Part shown: positions 25,942-37,879 of the stretch, piece after piece | Numbering within the stretch: the first letter of the stretch is position 1 | Layout of the letters: each line of letters opens with the position of its first letter | Origin: Rotaria socialis | Lineage: Eukaryota | Direction: 5' to 3' | Length of the DNA stretch: 46,786 nucleotides | Assembly: GCA_905331295.1 (NCBI GenBank) | Contig: CAJNYD010000027.1 | Location: forward strand, 62,001-108,786 | Notes under the pieces: generated by a model | What the model was told of the DNA's origin: nothing | Databases searched by the model: none | The model's input: only the letters and a program-made list of their open reading frames with translations | Translations under genes and position numbers: made by a program

Positions 25942-26947
25942 GGTAAATCTAAAAAGCATCATTTCAATCTGACAGCACTACTTGATTCACTTCCTCAAGG
26001 TGTAAACAAGAACGACGATACAAAAATTAAGAATTAGATAAGTAAAGTTACATGAACATTACTACTTCTCACAGATGATACGCATAGTTAAACAAATCTT
26101 TTTTTTCCGTTTTATACATCCTTAGTAAACAATAGTTACCAAAAAAAGACTACAAAAGTACTCTAATATGTATGATTACGTTGTACGTTAACAGTATTGA
26201 TCAAATATGGATCTTATTGGAGTTCGTCTAGCTGGTCGAATCAAGAAAGAGAAAACTAGAGGCCGCTCATTGTTTTCAAAAAGGTTATGAAAAAAAAAAT
26301 ACAAAGTGAAAGGTTAATATGGAGTCAGTCGTGATCGTGACATAGATGTATCAACGGTTCAAGTCCAATGGGTAGAAAATGGATCATTTATATGTATAAT
26401 AGATTTTTGCTTATATTTAAAATCGATCGATCTAGAAGTTTCTTTTAGATGATATTTTGACGTGAAATCTCCATTGAATATGCATCATCGTTATAATTAG
26501 TTAAATATTGATACTGCACAGCGGACTGATTCATACTGAATAAAGAATACAAAAAATATCTATTCGCGTACTTCATACCCCATATTATTCATGTGGAAAA
26601 ATTTGCTATTATATGCACAATTTTTCATATTATATTTATGTATTTCGAAAAGAACAGTCACACTATTTTCTTATTTTGACTATCTAAGTATATTCTATCC
26701 ATGTGGGGCTGTTGTACGGTAAGATCAATAAATAATCATCACAAAGTTATTCTCATCTTTCATGGCTTTATCTATTCTTCTCACCGAGATAGCTGTCGTA
26801 TCGATAAAGATAAAGCATACTATGATGAGATCGAGAAAAGAATAGATAAACGTCTAGCTCACATAGAGCACCTTCGACAACGACGCTATCAATACAGTCT
26901 ATTCTTTTCCTAGTAGGAAGGATGTGTCTTACTTTGTTTTATTCTAG

Positions 26948-27633
26948 ATGATTCGCATATTTTCTATCGTTTTTATATCGTTAACATTGATCTATGCAAT
27001 TGAAAGTAGGAAATACATGAGATAAATTTAAATCTTTTTTTATAATAATTCTTTTCAGGTTACTCACTAAGAAGTGCTACCGATGTCGGTAGTAAAACGG
27101 CTAAAGCATGCGCACCTGTCAAGTGTCCAGGAAAACCGAAGTCATGCCCATATGGTTATCAGAAGAAAGATGGCTGTGAAATTTGCAGATGTAGTGATCC
27201 ATGTAATCCACCAGGAAAAGTAATTTATTCATGAATGAAAACTTCTTTTCTTTTAAACAATTCATTTTTAGCCGATACTTTGCGGAGCTAAACAACGCTG
27301 TTACGTTGATAAGAAATCTGATGGAACATTTGAAGGTCGTTGCGGTGCACCACCAAAGAAAGCCAATAAACACAAAAAGAAAGAGAAGACTACTACAAAA
27401 GGTACTATTATTATTATTATTTTGTAGAATGACTTTACATAGATCTTTTCTTTATTCTACTTGTAGATGATTGTAATTTACCAAAAATGACTGGTCCATG
27501 TCGAGCATCATTTCCACGTTTTTTCTATAATCCAGCTACTCAAAGTTGTGAATCGTTCGTCTATGGAGGATGCCGTGGAAATAAAAATAATTTTAATACG
27601 AAAGTTGAATGTGATCTAGCTTGTGTCGCTTAA
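26948..27633 (+). CDS. Secreted antistasin-like + Kunitz/BPTI protease inhibitor (paralog A), 4 exons (26948-27005, 27059-27219, 27272-27401, 27467-27633)
   Basis: Signal peptide [17 protein letters not shown]. Antistasin-like [28 protein letters not shown]. Kunitz [51 protein letters not shown]. Confidence 0.9.
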
Positions 27634-28279
27634 TCGCAATAAATGATTTATTCAAATTTTTGAAATTCAACTGTCGTCGAGCGATAAAATTGTACTATGT
27701 TTGTGTTGTTTCTTCCTATTATTCATTAGCACGATTTTGTAATACTTTTACTTTACTTCTCAATCATCATTCACTTAAACTCTAATTGTCGATTTCTTTT
27801 TTTTCATGTCACAACCAATTTAGTGTGTGTGGTTCACAGGGAACATTTTGTTTTTTGAATAATTAACAGATATAAAAATCATTGATTTTTCAAAGCTCAA
27901 CATATACATATCCTAGTTCGAATAAACAAGAAAAAAAAGCCATATGGTATATTTTGCTATTTTTACTACATTGGACCCTTTCTCATATCAACAGAATCAT
28001 CAACTATTTCTTCGTGAAGCATTACCATTTCAACAGATGTCTTTCTTCAATTGCTATCATAACAAAAATATAATACGCATTAGGAATGGTCTATCAGTTC
28101 GAGTGAATTCTTGTGTTCTATGGTCCACATTAGTCTCTGATGAAGAAAACAATTATCTACATAAATATTTGTAAATAGAAGGTATCGGATGGATAAACAG
28201 AAGCATACAATATCGGTTACTCATAGATGATAGCCGTACTGTCTATACAAACAATTACTCTAAATTTTGCACATTCTAG

Positions 28280-29367
28280 ATGTCCGGACTATTTGTTTTC
28301 ACATTTATCAGCATAGTTACAATTTATACTATCAAATGTGAGTATATAAATTAAGATTGATTATTAGAAATTCATAATTTTCATTCAGCTGCTCCGCTCG
28401 AAAAAACGATTACGGGCAAAGTAACTCATGTCGGTAAAAATACTATTGATAAGGGTGCTCATGTAAAAGTTGAACTACGCGATACTAGTTTAATGGATGC
28501 ACCATCGAAATTAATTGCATCGACAATAATAAACGACGCAAAAACATTTCCTGTTTCATATACACTTAAATATAATCCATCGGAAATTCAAGCTCATAAT
28601 ACCTATTCACTATCGGCACGAATCAGTGGACCTGGTGACAAACTTTTATATATTAATGATGCTCACACACGTGCTGACTTAGCAAGTAAAAAATCATTAA
28701 CGATTGATGTAGCCGTTATTCGAGGTACAACAATATTTCTTTCGTTTACACAATAATGCTTATTTTTGATCATTGTAGTTGGAGACAGTTCTGCTACTAT
28801 TGCAACCGAACCTGGTGATAAGAAAAAAGTATGTTCACCAGTTAAATGTCCAGGAAAACCAAAACAATGCGCTTATGGTTATCAGAAAAGCGATGGTTGC
28901 GAAATTTGCAAATGTGATGATCCATGCAATCCACTAGGAAAAGTAATAATACATTCGCTAATGAAGACTTTTTATCTCTTTAATAATTCATCTTGTTAGC
29001 CAATACGTTGCGAAGCTAAACAACGATGCTTTGCTGAAAAGAAACCTGATGGAACATTTGCAGCTCGCTGTGGTGCACCAACAACTCCAACAAAAAAACC
29101 TCATGAACACAAACCAATCAAGAATCTTTCAAAGCGTAATTACAGTTTTTTTTCAAAAGTATTCTTAACATATTCATATGCTGTTTTTTCTTCTTTGTAG
29201 TAACCTGTCTCCTGCCAAAAGATACTGGTTTTTGTCAGGCACATATGCCACGTTTTCATTACAATTCAGCCACGAAAACCTGTGAAACATTCACGTATGG
29301 AGGATGTCAAGGCAATAAAAATAATTTTCATACAAAAGTCGAATGTGAAAAAGCTTGCAAAGCCTAA
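28280..29367 (+). CDS. Secreted YbaY/YscW-like + antistasin-like + Kunitz protein (paralog B), 5 exons (28280-28338, 28389-28724, 28779-28942, 29000-29135, 29201-29367)
   Basis: Signal peptide, then exon 2 ITGKVT..GAHVKVELRDTSLMDAPSKLIA..FPVSYTLKYNPSEI....YSLSARI....KLLYIND, which is the bacterial YbaY lipoprotein pattern. This is followed by [28 protein letters not shown] and Kunitz CLLPKDTGFCQAHMPRFHYNSATKTCETFTYGGCQGNKNNF. Confidence 0.88.
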
Positions 29368-29529
29368 TTTATCTTCAGTCCATACAAGCTATTCAATTTA
29401 TTACTCAAGCGGCTGGACCAAATTTACCCATTAGATTTTAGTTAACTTCTTTGCTAAATAATGTAGTATTTTTAGTTTGTATAAAATGAAATATATCACC
29501 GTGCTCGTATAGCTGGATAAATTCTTTGT

Positions 29530-29650
29530 TTCTTTCTGCATATTTTACGAATCGATGAGTCATAGGTAACAGAGCGAACAGCATAGATTTACTGTGCAAT
29601 ATCTGCATGAAGGACTCGTATAAAAGCTCCGTTCCAACAGAAGAAACATT
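29530..29650 (+). promoter_or_regulatory. Conserved U3 upstream promoter block with TATAAAA at -32..-26 (repeated at ~30450-30570 and ~35464-35584)
   Basis: ~120 bp near-identical in all three copies (ATATTTTACGAATCGATGAGTCATAGG...CAGCATAGATTTACTGTGCAATATCTG...CGTATAAAAGC). TATA lies at 29619, 30539 and 35553, with identical spacing to +1. Confidence 0.75.
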
Positions 29651-29877
29651 AAGATTGTACTTCACAGGATCATTTTCTGTAGTACATATCGACAAAACAC
29701 CCATAGCCAAAGAAGACCCAAACAACCCACGATGACGAGTGGCAGTGGTTCTTCTTGAGCGTGAAGTAGGATGGGGCTGCTCTCTTCTCGAGAGCTCGGC
29801 CTGCTTCCTTTGATGATCGCACCTTGTTGTGTCCTCGTGATACGGCAAGGAGGGAAGCGACCACATTCAGAGTGGTT
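29651..29877 (+). ncRNA. U3: U3 snoRNA, copy 1
   Basis: 5' AAGATTGTACTT (box A'), CAGGATCATTT (box A, complementary to 18S 5' UGAUCCUG), CCACGATGACGA (box C'), GAGCGTGAAG (box B), TGATGA (box C) and TCAGAGTGGT (variant box D plus terminal stem with CCAC). Length ~226 nt. Confidence 0.92.
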
Positions 29878-30570
29878 GGCTATGGTGTTTATTCTATTAA
29901 ATAAAATTACAAAAGGAAATATCTTTAATCATCTCGGGGAAGAACGTGTTTCTAAGGTTATATGAACAGATCATTCCGTTCCATGACATTTCACGAACTT
30001 TCTAGTTATTCTTCTTCACGTCTCTTATTATGGAATGTATCAACTGACTAATATATGTTGATGTTGACTTGTATGAGAATTCACACATAAAATACGTCTA
30101 TACTCTACGGTTTCCGCTGGTATCATTCAATTCTCATAATTATTCGACTTCTAAATAAATGAAGACTATTTTTATCAAAACATGAAAATACGTCTTGGTC
30201 GTGAATGACATATCTGATGTTCACTGATCTATGCATTTGACTTCAAATAGATTTATATTATTTATTTATTTATCTATACATAACGATAAAGCTACGAATA
30301 ATTCTCCTGCATTGTATTACTCTGTGTTCCAAAAGAAAAATACGTAATCTGATATGTTTTCATTCATAAAGATGATTCATTTTTCAACTTTTAAAGTTTG
30401 ATTATTTTGTCGATCAGCTATAAATAGTGGAGAAGAACCACAAGTGTCTTTCTTTCTGAATATTTTACGAATCGATGAGTCATAGGCAACAGAACGAACA
30501 GCATAGATTTACTGTGCAATATCTGCATGAAGGACTCGTATAAAAGCTCCGTTCCAACAGAAGAAACATT

Positions 30571-30797
30571 AAGATTGTACTTCACAGGATCATTTTCTGT
30601 AGTACATATCGACAAAACACCCATAGCCAAAGAAGACCCAAACAACCCACGATGACGAGTGGCAGTGGTTCTTCTTGAGCGTGAAGTAGGATGGGGCTGC
30701 TCTCTTCTCGAGAGCTCGGCCTGCTTCCTTTGATGATCGCACCTTGTTGTGTCCTCGTGACACGGCAAGGAGGGAAGCGACCACATTCAGAGTGGTT
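30571..30797 (+). ncRNA. U3: U3 snoRNA, copy 2
   Basis: Same boxes, 920 bp downstream of copy 1. One substitution was seen (GAT to GAC in the 3' hairpin). Confidence 0.92.
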
Positions 30798-32466
30798 GGC
30801 TATGGTGTTTATTCTATTAAATGAAATTACAAAAGAAATATCACTTGTCATCGCGTACTATTGTCTGTGTATGTTATGATTATTTACGCATGATACGTTA
30901 TGTCACTGATAAGGAATATTCGCGTTCAGTGTTGAAACGAGTCGACTAGTTTTTGATGGACAGGGAACTAACTGTTCTGATCTTATGTAATATGTACATG
31001 AACAAAAGACGTAAAATGAGAAGGATGATTGTCAAAAAATTAGTATTTAGTGGTTCACTAAATCGAAAAGTTGTTTACTGCATTTATTATACTGAAATTT
31101 AGTAAATCATCTTTGCATAGAATTTATATTTTTCCATAAATACACCGGTACTTAAACGTTGATTTGAATCGTCCATACACTGATACTATGCAAAATATAG
31201 CTCCATCAGCAATTATTTGTACAGTGTGAAGAAAGTTTTGAGATATTCAATAAGAGCATCATCGATTCACTCGGAATGATTTTAAGGCACTTGGTATTAT
31301 TTGAAACATATGGATAAATTTCACAAAAGAATACAATCAATTGTTCGCAAAAGATCATAACTGGTAAATTGAATAGAACGTTTAAAAAAAGTTATTGTGT
31401 AATATTCGGAATAGAGCATTTTTCGCTGTATTTAATGTAACACCTGAAGGTCGTAATGAACACGGTCGGGTGTTCGGAAGGTATTTTTAAGGGTATTTTA
31501 ACATGGAGTTCGTAAAAACATTTATCAAGATATTGTAATTGATATAAATACTTTCTGGTCTATAGACAACAATATAATCGGTTCCATTTTTGGATTACAT
31601 GCATGATTATATAAGTATGAAATTATTCTTTCTCTACCTGTACTCTTTGTGCTAGAGTGATATAGAAGTTATTTCTAATTTTAATCTTGTAATCTATTCA
31701 CAATGCCACGAGATGGCAGTGTTCCCAGTAGAAATGAAATAGTATATGATGTAAAAAAACGTCTCTGCATTTAATTGTGATTAGCTACACAAGTAATTGA
31801 GCAGTACAGATAAATCGGGCTGGATCTTCATAAAGAAGTGAAAAGTGTACATTTGGAAAATATTGTATCATAAATAAGAGGGTTCGGTTTGCTTTTATTT
31901 TTTATTTCTAGAAAATTATTCAAATGGCTAGAATCTTATTCATTGTTTGAATCTACACTTGCTTCAACTTCAGATTTTAGGTTGTGAGACTAGCGTACCA
32001 CTTCACATTCTGTTACAGGTGAACAAACCGGAACATACTTGCGAAAATCATGTCGTCTTTTCTTTTATTACGGTCTCCATGTCTTTGTCATTCCGAACAT
32101 CCGGACATTCTGATTACGATCTCCAGTCGAATTTCGATGTTCGTAAAGAGAAAAATTCACATGGAGTTCGGAATCAAATCTGAAAATAACCTTTTCAATG
32201 GTTGTATCCTATGAAAAAGTTATTGTCAGAACTAGTTCCGAACACCATGTCTTTTTTTTCCATGGCAGGAGATCGTAAACAAATTATTTTACCGGAGTTC
32301 ATAAAAAAGAGGTAAGGCGAAAGTTAATTTCCCCTGTAGCGATTCAATAAACAGATTTAAAAAAAAAAGAATGATAACATTCTACTGTTACAAATTCAAT
32401 ATTTTCAGTGAACAACATTCTAAGAAAACAAAAGGTGTAGCATGGCTAGAAACGTCAGATTGCCGA

Positions 32467-34175
32467 TTATTGATTTATTCCAAGCAATCGATATAATTCT
32501 GCAGTTTTTTCATCAGTTACGTTAATTCCACCGGCAACTAATACTATACCATTAAGTAATGCGACAGCTGCGTGTTCAGATCGTGGCACATTCATGCTCC
32601 TAGTAATACTCCAAGTTCCGGTTAATGGATCATGCAATTCGGTACTATTGAGACCACCACCACCACCACCACCTGTAACTAACACTTTTCCATGTGTTAA
32701 AATAGTTGCTGTATGTAACTATCGCGCGTCGGCCATGCTACCAGTCATATTCTACGTGCCTGTCGATGGATCATATCATTCAGCAGTATCCTGGAGGAGA
32801 GTGCCTAATCCACCGCAAACAAAAACTCTACCGTTTCTTAGTAAGCTAGCTGTAAAACCGCTTCGTTCGTATGCCATATTATTAATAGCTGTTCAATTAC
32901 CTGTTGTTGAATTATAGGACTCAACAGCATTCATATTAGAACTATGATTCCATCCACCGATCACTATTACGTTTTCATTGGTTAATACGGCTGCAGCATG
33001 ATTTTCTCGGGCATGCTGCATGTTTGGTGTCGCCATCCAGGTTCCTGTTGATGGATCATATAATTCAGCAGTATTTAGGGTAATGCTACCATTAGCTCCG
33101 CCTGTGACTAATACATTACTATTTCCTAGCAACGATGCTGTTGGTCCCCGTCGTGCATAACTCATACTACCAATATAAAATCATCCTAGAAGAAATATTT
33201 TAATGCATTCAATTTGAAAATTGATCGATATCATTAAACCATTTTTGATAGCATAAAATACAAAACGCTTTCTTATTCTACATACGAAAACTACTGTAAA
33301 CGATGTTTACTGGTAAAAATTTACAATTCTATTGAAAAAAGTTATTTACGAAGTTATGAAGATCGAACACCTATTTTTCATCTTCACATTCATATTCGAT
33401 TAGCTTTGAATTCTTTACACTGCTCTGACTATTTTACTCATTAAACTGTGAAATCGATTGGTAATGTTAAATGAAAATTTTCTCTTAAAAAAAAGACTAC
33501 AACCAATTATTTACTCAACAGATAAAAATCTCGTATTAAAATTCGATGTTTGATCTAATAATCTGAAACAATGATTTCTCGTAGAACTCAATAGATTTAT
33601 ATGAACACACTGCAAGTTATTTTTGTTGAAGAATATGTTGAAATTGGATTTGTCTATACTGTGATAAAAGCTATTCGATCTTAAAGTTGTTACAGCAAAT
33701 CAAATATTTATTGGAATCAAGAAAAAATATTTTAGCTTCTGAGCACTTGCAAGCGACAACGGCAAACACATGAATTAACGATACACACAGAATTATTTGT
33801 TGCACAAGCATTTGTAATATTGTTACATGGTTCCAGAATCGAACATAGAATACCAGGTCCACAATAGCTGACTTTGTTGAGTTGTACGATAGTCGAAGCA
33901 AGGTGTTGACAATGACAGACAACTGATCATGTTACCCGAAATTGAGCGACATTGTTGTAAAGAACAGTTTGATATTGAATTTCATACAGAATTAGCTGAC
34001 TGAGAAAATGTGAACTCTATAGAGCCACTGTTGTCATTGCAAGAATAAATCGGTGGTGCTGTCGACTGACCTAAGAGTTGGCATCGGTAAAAAAATTTAA
34101 ATAAAAAGGAATAAGTTAGTATACCTTTTACACAAGAGAAAATGATGCTAAAAAAAGCGGAAGTAGAAAGCGCAT
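32467..34175 (-). pseudogene. Pseudogene of a secreted Cys-rich + Kelch/galactose-oxidase-type beta-propeller protein
   Basis: Kelch repeats (ASLLGNSNVLVTGG..AELYDPSTGTW) run in one frame over 33165-32467 with four in-frame stops. An upstream Cys-rich exon at ~33740-34075 (PCFDYRTT/YCGPGILCSILEPCNNITNAC..VCIVNSC) has a stop and a frameshift. The signal-peptide exon MRFLLPLFLASFSLV*K starts at 34175. Confidence 0.8.
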
Positions 34176-35584
34176 GCTTTCGGTGTAATGAATCAACAAA
34201 TGAAATGTTAAGAATGATTTTCGTTTCTTTTCTCTCTCCCGCAGCCTACTGATTCTTGTTTACATTAAGACAACAAAATTCAAACAATAATATCAAGTGC
34301 AATGTTGCTAATACAAATCTAAAATAGAATGTGCAATGCACGCTGTTTTGAATGTGTCGGTAAGGATTTTTATAAGTGTTAGTGTTATGATTTTGATGTG
34401 ATGAATGTATGTTTACAAATGAGTGTCCGCATTATTGTATCGCGCTGTGTTTGGCCAATTGAATATGTGAAAAGGAGCTCTATATGGAAACGCATATCAA
34501 TCTTTCTTGATATAAAAACTGATAGTTACATCACTATGCATACTCGTATGTTTACTGTCACACGTGAATATGTATAAAGTCGGTTAGCGAATGAGTCATA
34601 CTAGACAAGTATTACTACTGTATTTTTCGTAAATAAAATGCATAAAATCAATCGTATTTAAGCTGACAAGGAAAATAATGTACTGTGAAGAAAATTTTAT
34701 CCATGTTGCATTGAAAATGTTAATTAAAATCTTCGAAACTCATCCAGATGTAATTTGAATAATATCCAAAACTAAATGAAATTATCGTTTCAATTATTCT
34801 AATTTGATGAATCTTCCTTTGAACTTCGATCAATCCATGCAATATGTCATAATCATCATTATTAACAACGGTTCGATCATGTGTACATCTTGTAATCATG
34901 AGTAGTTCGATGTTGTCCACTTCGCAGACCATCATAAAATTATATATAGCATGGTCGAAATCTACTGATTTTGACTAGCACGATAATTCTCATCATGAAT
35001 CGATTTCTAATAAAATCAAGAGCCCAACGAAGACTATTCATCTGAGAACATGAAAGAAGTAGTTCTACTTCTTTTTAACGTGAATGACATAAATGTCATT
35101 CCACGTTAAACCACAACCGACCCTGTTCAATCGATTGAAATTTTACAAATGTTATGATCAAAATAATCCATCGTATTGTGCAATTATTCGATTTGAAACA
35201 GTCTTTTTCAATAGGTCACTGTTATAGCTAATACACTACGATATCTAAACGACAATTATAATGATAAAATTCTTCGCATAGATTCATACTATTTATTTAT
35301 CTATACATCACGACAAACCTACGAATAATTATCTTGTGCATCTTATTACACTGTATTGAAGAATAAAAACGTGGAATCTAATTTATTTTGATTCACGATT
35401 CATATATAATAGATAGCCTAGAATATATTGCCCTTGATAACCTAAAACTGGTCACAAGTTTCTTTCTTTCTGAATATTTTACGAATCGATGAGTCATAGG
35501 CAACAGAACGAACAGCATAGATTTACTGTGCAATATCTGTATGAAGGACTCGTATAAAAGCCCAGTTCTAACAGAAGAATCATT

Positions 35585-35811
35585 AAGATTGTACTTCACA
35601 GGATCATTTTCTGTAGTACATATCGACAAAACACCCATAGCCAAAGAAGACCCAAACAACCCACGATGACGAGTGGCAGTGGTTCTTCTTGAGCGTGAAG
35701 TAGGATGGGGCTGCTCTCTTCTCGAGAGCTCGGCCTGCTTCCTTTGATGATCGCACCTTGTTGTGTCCTCGTGATACGGCAAGGAGGGAAGCGACCACAT
35801 TCAGAGTGGTT
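35585..35811 (+). ncRNA. U3: U3 snoRNA, copy 3
   Basis: Same boxes; the transcribed region appears identical to copy 1. Confidence 0.92.
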
Positions 35812-37611
35812 GGCTATGGTGTTTATTCTATTAAATGAAATTACAAAAGAAATATCACTGATGATCTTCATTATGAATAACGTGCTCTCAAGAAAGAACG
35901 TGTTGGTAACGTCATATGAATAGATCAGTCTATCATACAATCATCACTATCCGTTGCTCAATGGATTTATCTCGTACGATTGTCTACATCTGTTTCAATA
36001 TAAATCTAATCAATATTTATTCATATACCTAAAAAGTATAATTTCTTAGTATACTTCGAAAATAAATAATGCGATTATTGACTGTAACGAAGAATGTTCT
36101 TGTGGTAAAAGCAATTAATTTTGATTTATTTTAACCAGAAGAGTATTATATAATAGATAGATGAAATCTATTTTATGATTATCTTCTCATGAAATGCGGA
36201 ATTCAATTATTAATATGATCATCGAGAAAAAACATAGAAAATTATTTAAAATCAATAAAACATCAAAAATTGTTGTATTTCTTTTTTGCTTGCGGAATAG
36301 TAATTTTCTTTCTGTCTCATTTAGTTTTGATGAACCATCATATATAATCAATCGAGAGAGAGAGAAAAAAAAGCTAGCAACTGATTCAATCCATTAAGTT
36401 TCTGACAGATCAAAGTATTATAGATAAGATGAACAACTGCAATGAGAAATTATCAATTTTTCTTTCTTGTTGTTCACATTTTCTTTGTTTGAAGAAAAAA
36501 AGAAACATTTATAAATTAATTGTAATCATAGTCGTTTAACTAAGTTAATGTTTCGTCTGACATTGATGTCAAGATGGTGTATTTACTTGAACTCGAGGCG
36601 CTAATCAACAAGTTGTGTCTATGAAGAAAAATTAAGATGAGACCCTTTTCTTTCGACATATGACATGTTTGATTCCTCTTTTCCCTTCATTTTCATGTCT
36701 ACAGCATGTTTTTCCGGTTTCTCTCTCTCTCTCTCTCTCGTTCGTTTGACACATCACTAATTCAATTCCTTTGCTGTCCCGTGTCATGGCGAATGAAGTA
36801 AAAATAAAATCAAACGGCCATCTTCATTTCTCGTCAATGTCACTGGGCTTGCCATCGTTTCTCTTATAAATCTAATCATGCGACAACCATAAAATGAGTG
36901 GGTGGTCGGCGGTTCACAACACAAAAAGAAAAATTGAAACGCCCGTTTTACATCTATACAGATGTTCGCCTATTTCACTTTCATGATAAGCCAAAGGCGA
37001 TGTTTGTTTGTAACATTCTTTATCTGCAAGGACTCGAAATTGCGTTTAGTCATAAAGGTTGATGAGGAATGATTATGATTATGAATTGAAGCTCGATAAC
37101 TTGAGGCGATGTTGGTGGATCAACAGAGAAAATTTGTCGTGCGTTAAAATGAATGTTTACTCAGCTCAAGGTTATTGAGGATCATAGCGATCTCTATTTA
37201 TCTTTTTCTTTTCGGAATACAATGAAAGAGAGGAAGAATATGATAAGATTTAAAATGCTTTTACTCTTTACTTGCAAACGGATGTTCTCTATGAGAATGA
37301 GCTTTGCGATATGAATAGAGACGAGAAAGTCTAATTAGGGCGTGCCAACCATGTCAATTAAGTAGAAGGGCGACATGAAGCGCGCGTGTGATTATAATGT
37401 TTCTTTTTTTTTCTTCTTCTTCTCGCCTCGTATATATACTGACCAGTTCGAACACGCACAACTAAACAACTGACACATTCTCCTGTGCTTTAAATCTTTT
37501 TTTCACATAGCATCTGACTATATAGAATGTAGAAGGGGCGGATAATCATTAAACTACCATAGTCCATTAGCTAATGATGATGATCCTCGCCTACTACCGT
37601 CAAACACTGGT

Positions 37612-37879
37612 AATATATATATATATATATATATATATAGCTATATAGAAAAATGATACTCCTACTTGTCACTTTCTCTTACAATAACAACAGCTATTGG
37701 TCTTTCTTTTTCATACAAACGTCTTGCGTTAGTAGTTTTATGCTCATCTTTTTTCTTGCTTTCCCCTAGCGTTCTGTTCAATGAGCGTAAGAAGGAGAGA
37801 GTAAGTAGAGAGAGAGAGAGAGAGAGAGAGAGCGAAAAGAATGGATGAACAAAATCGTCTCTCCTTCTCTCTCTCTCTC
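37612..37879. repeat. Cluster of (AT)n, (AG)n and (CT)n microsatellites
   Basis: (AT)n at ~37612-37639, (AG)n at ~37807-37832 and (CT)n at ~37867-37879. Confidence 0.85.

Noticed and set aside
31400..32340. Recurring CATGGAGTTCG / TTCCGAAC motifs suggesting a transposon relic
   Set aside because: No matching termini, TSD or transposase residues could be identified.
32467..33165. Stop-codon reassignment or selenocysteine in the Kelch repeats
   Set aside because: The stops are mixed TGA/TAG at Trp and Leu positions, upstream exons are also broken, and neighbouring genes use TGA and TAG as normal stops.
29530..35860. The three ~400-bp repeats interpreted as a SINE, LTR or CRISPR-like array
   Set aside because: No TSDs, A/B boxes or spacers are present; the U3 box motifs explain the conserved core.
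29438..35940. Repeated ORFs MWSLPSLP..., MVASLLAV... and MGLLSSRE... in three copies
   Set aside because: They are incidental frames over the GC-richer U3 snoRNA genes; their ends differ between copies and no domain is recognisable.
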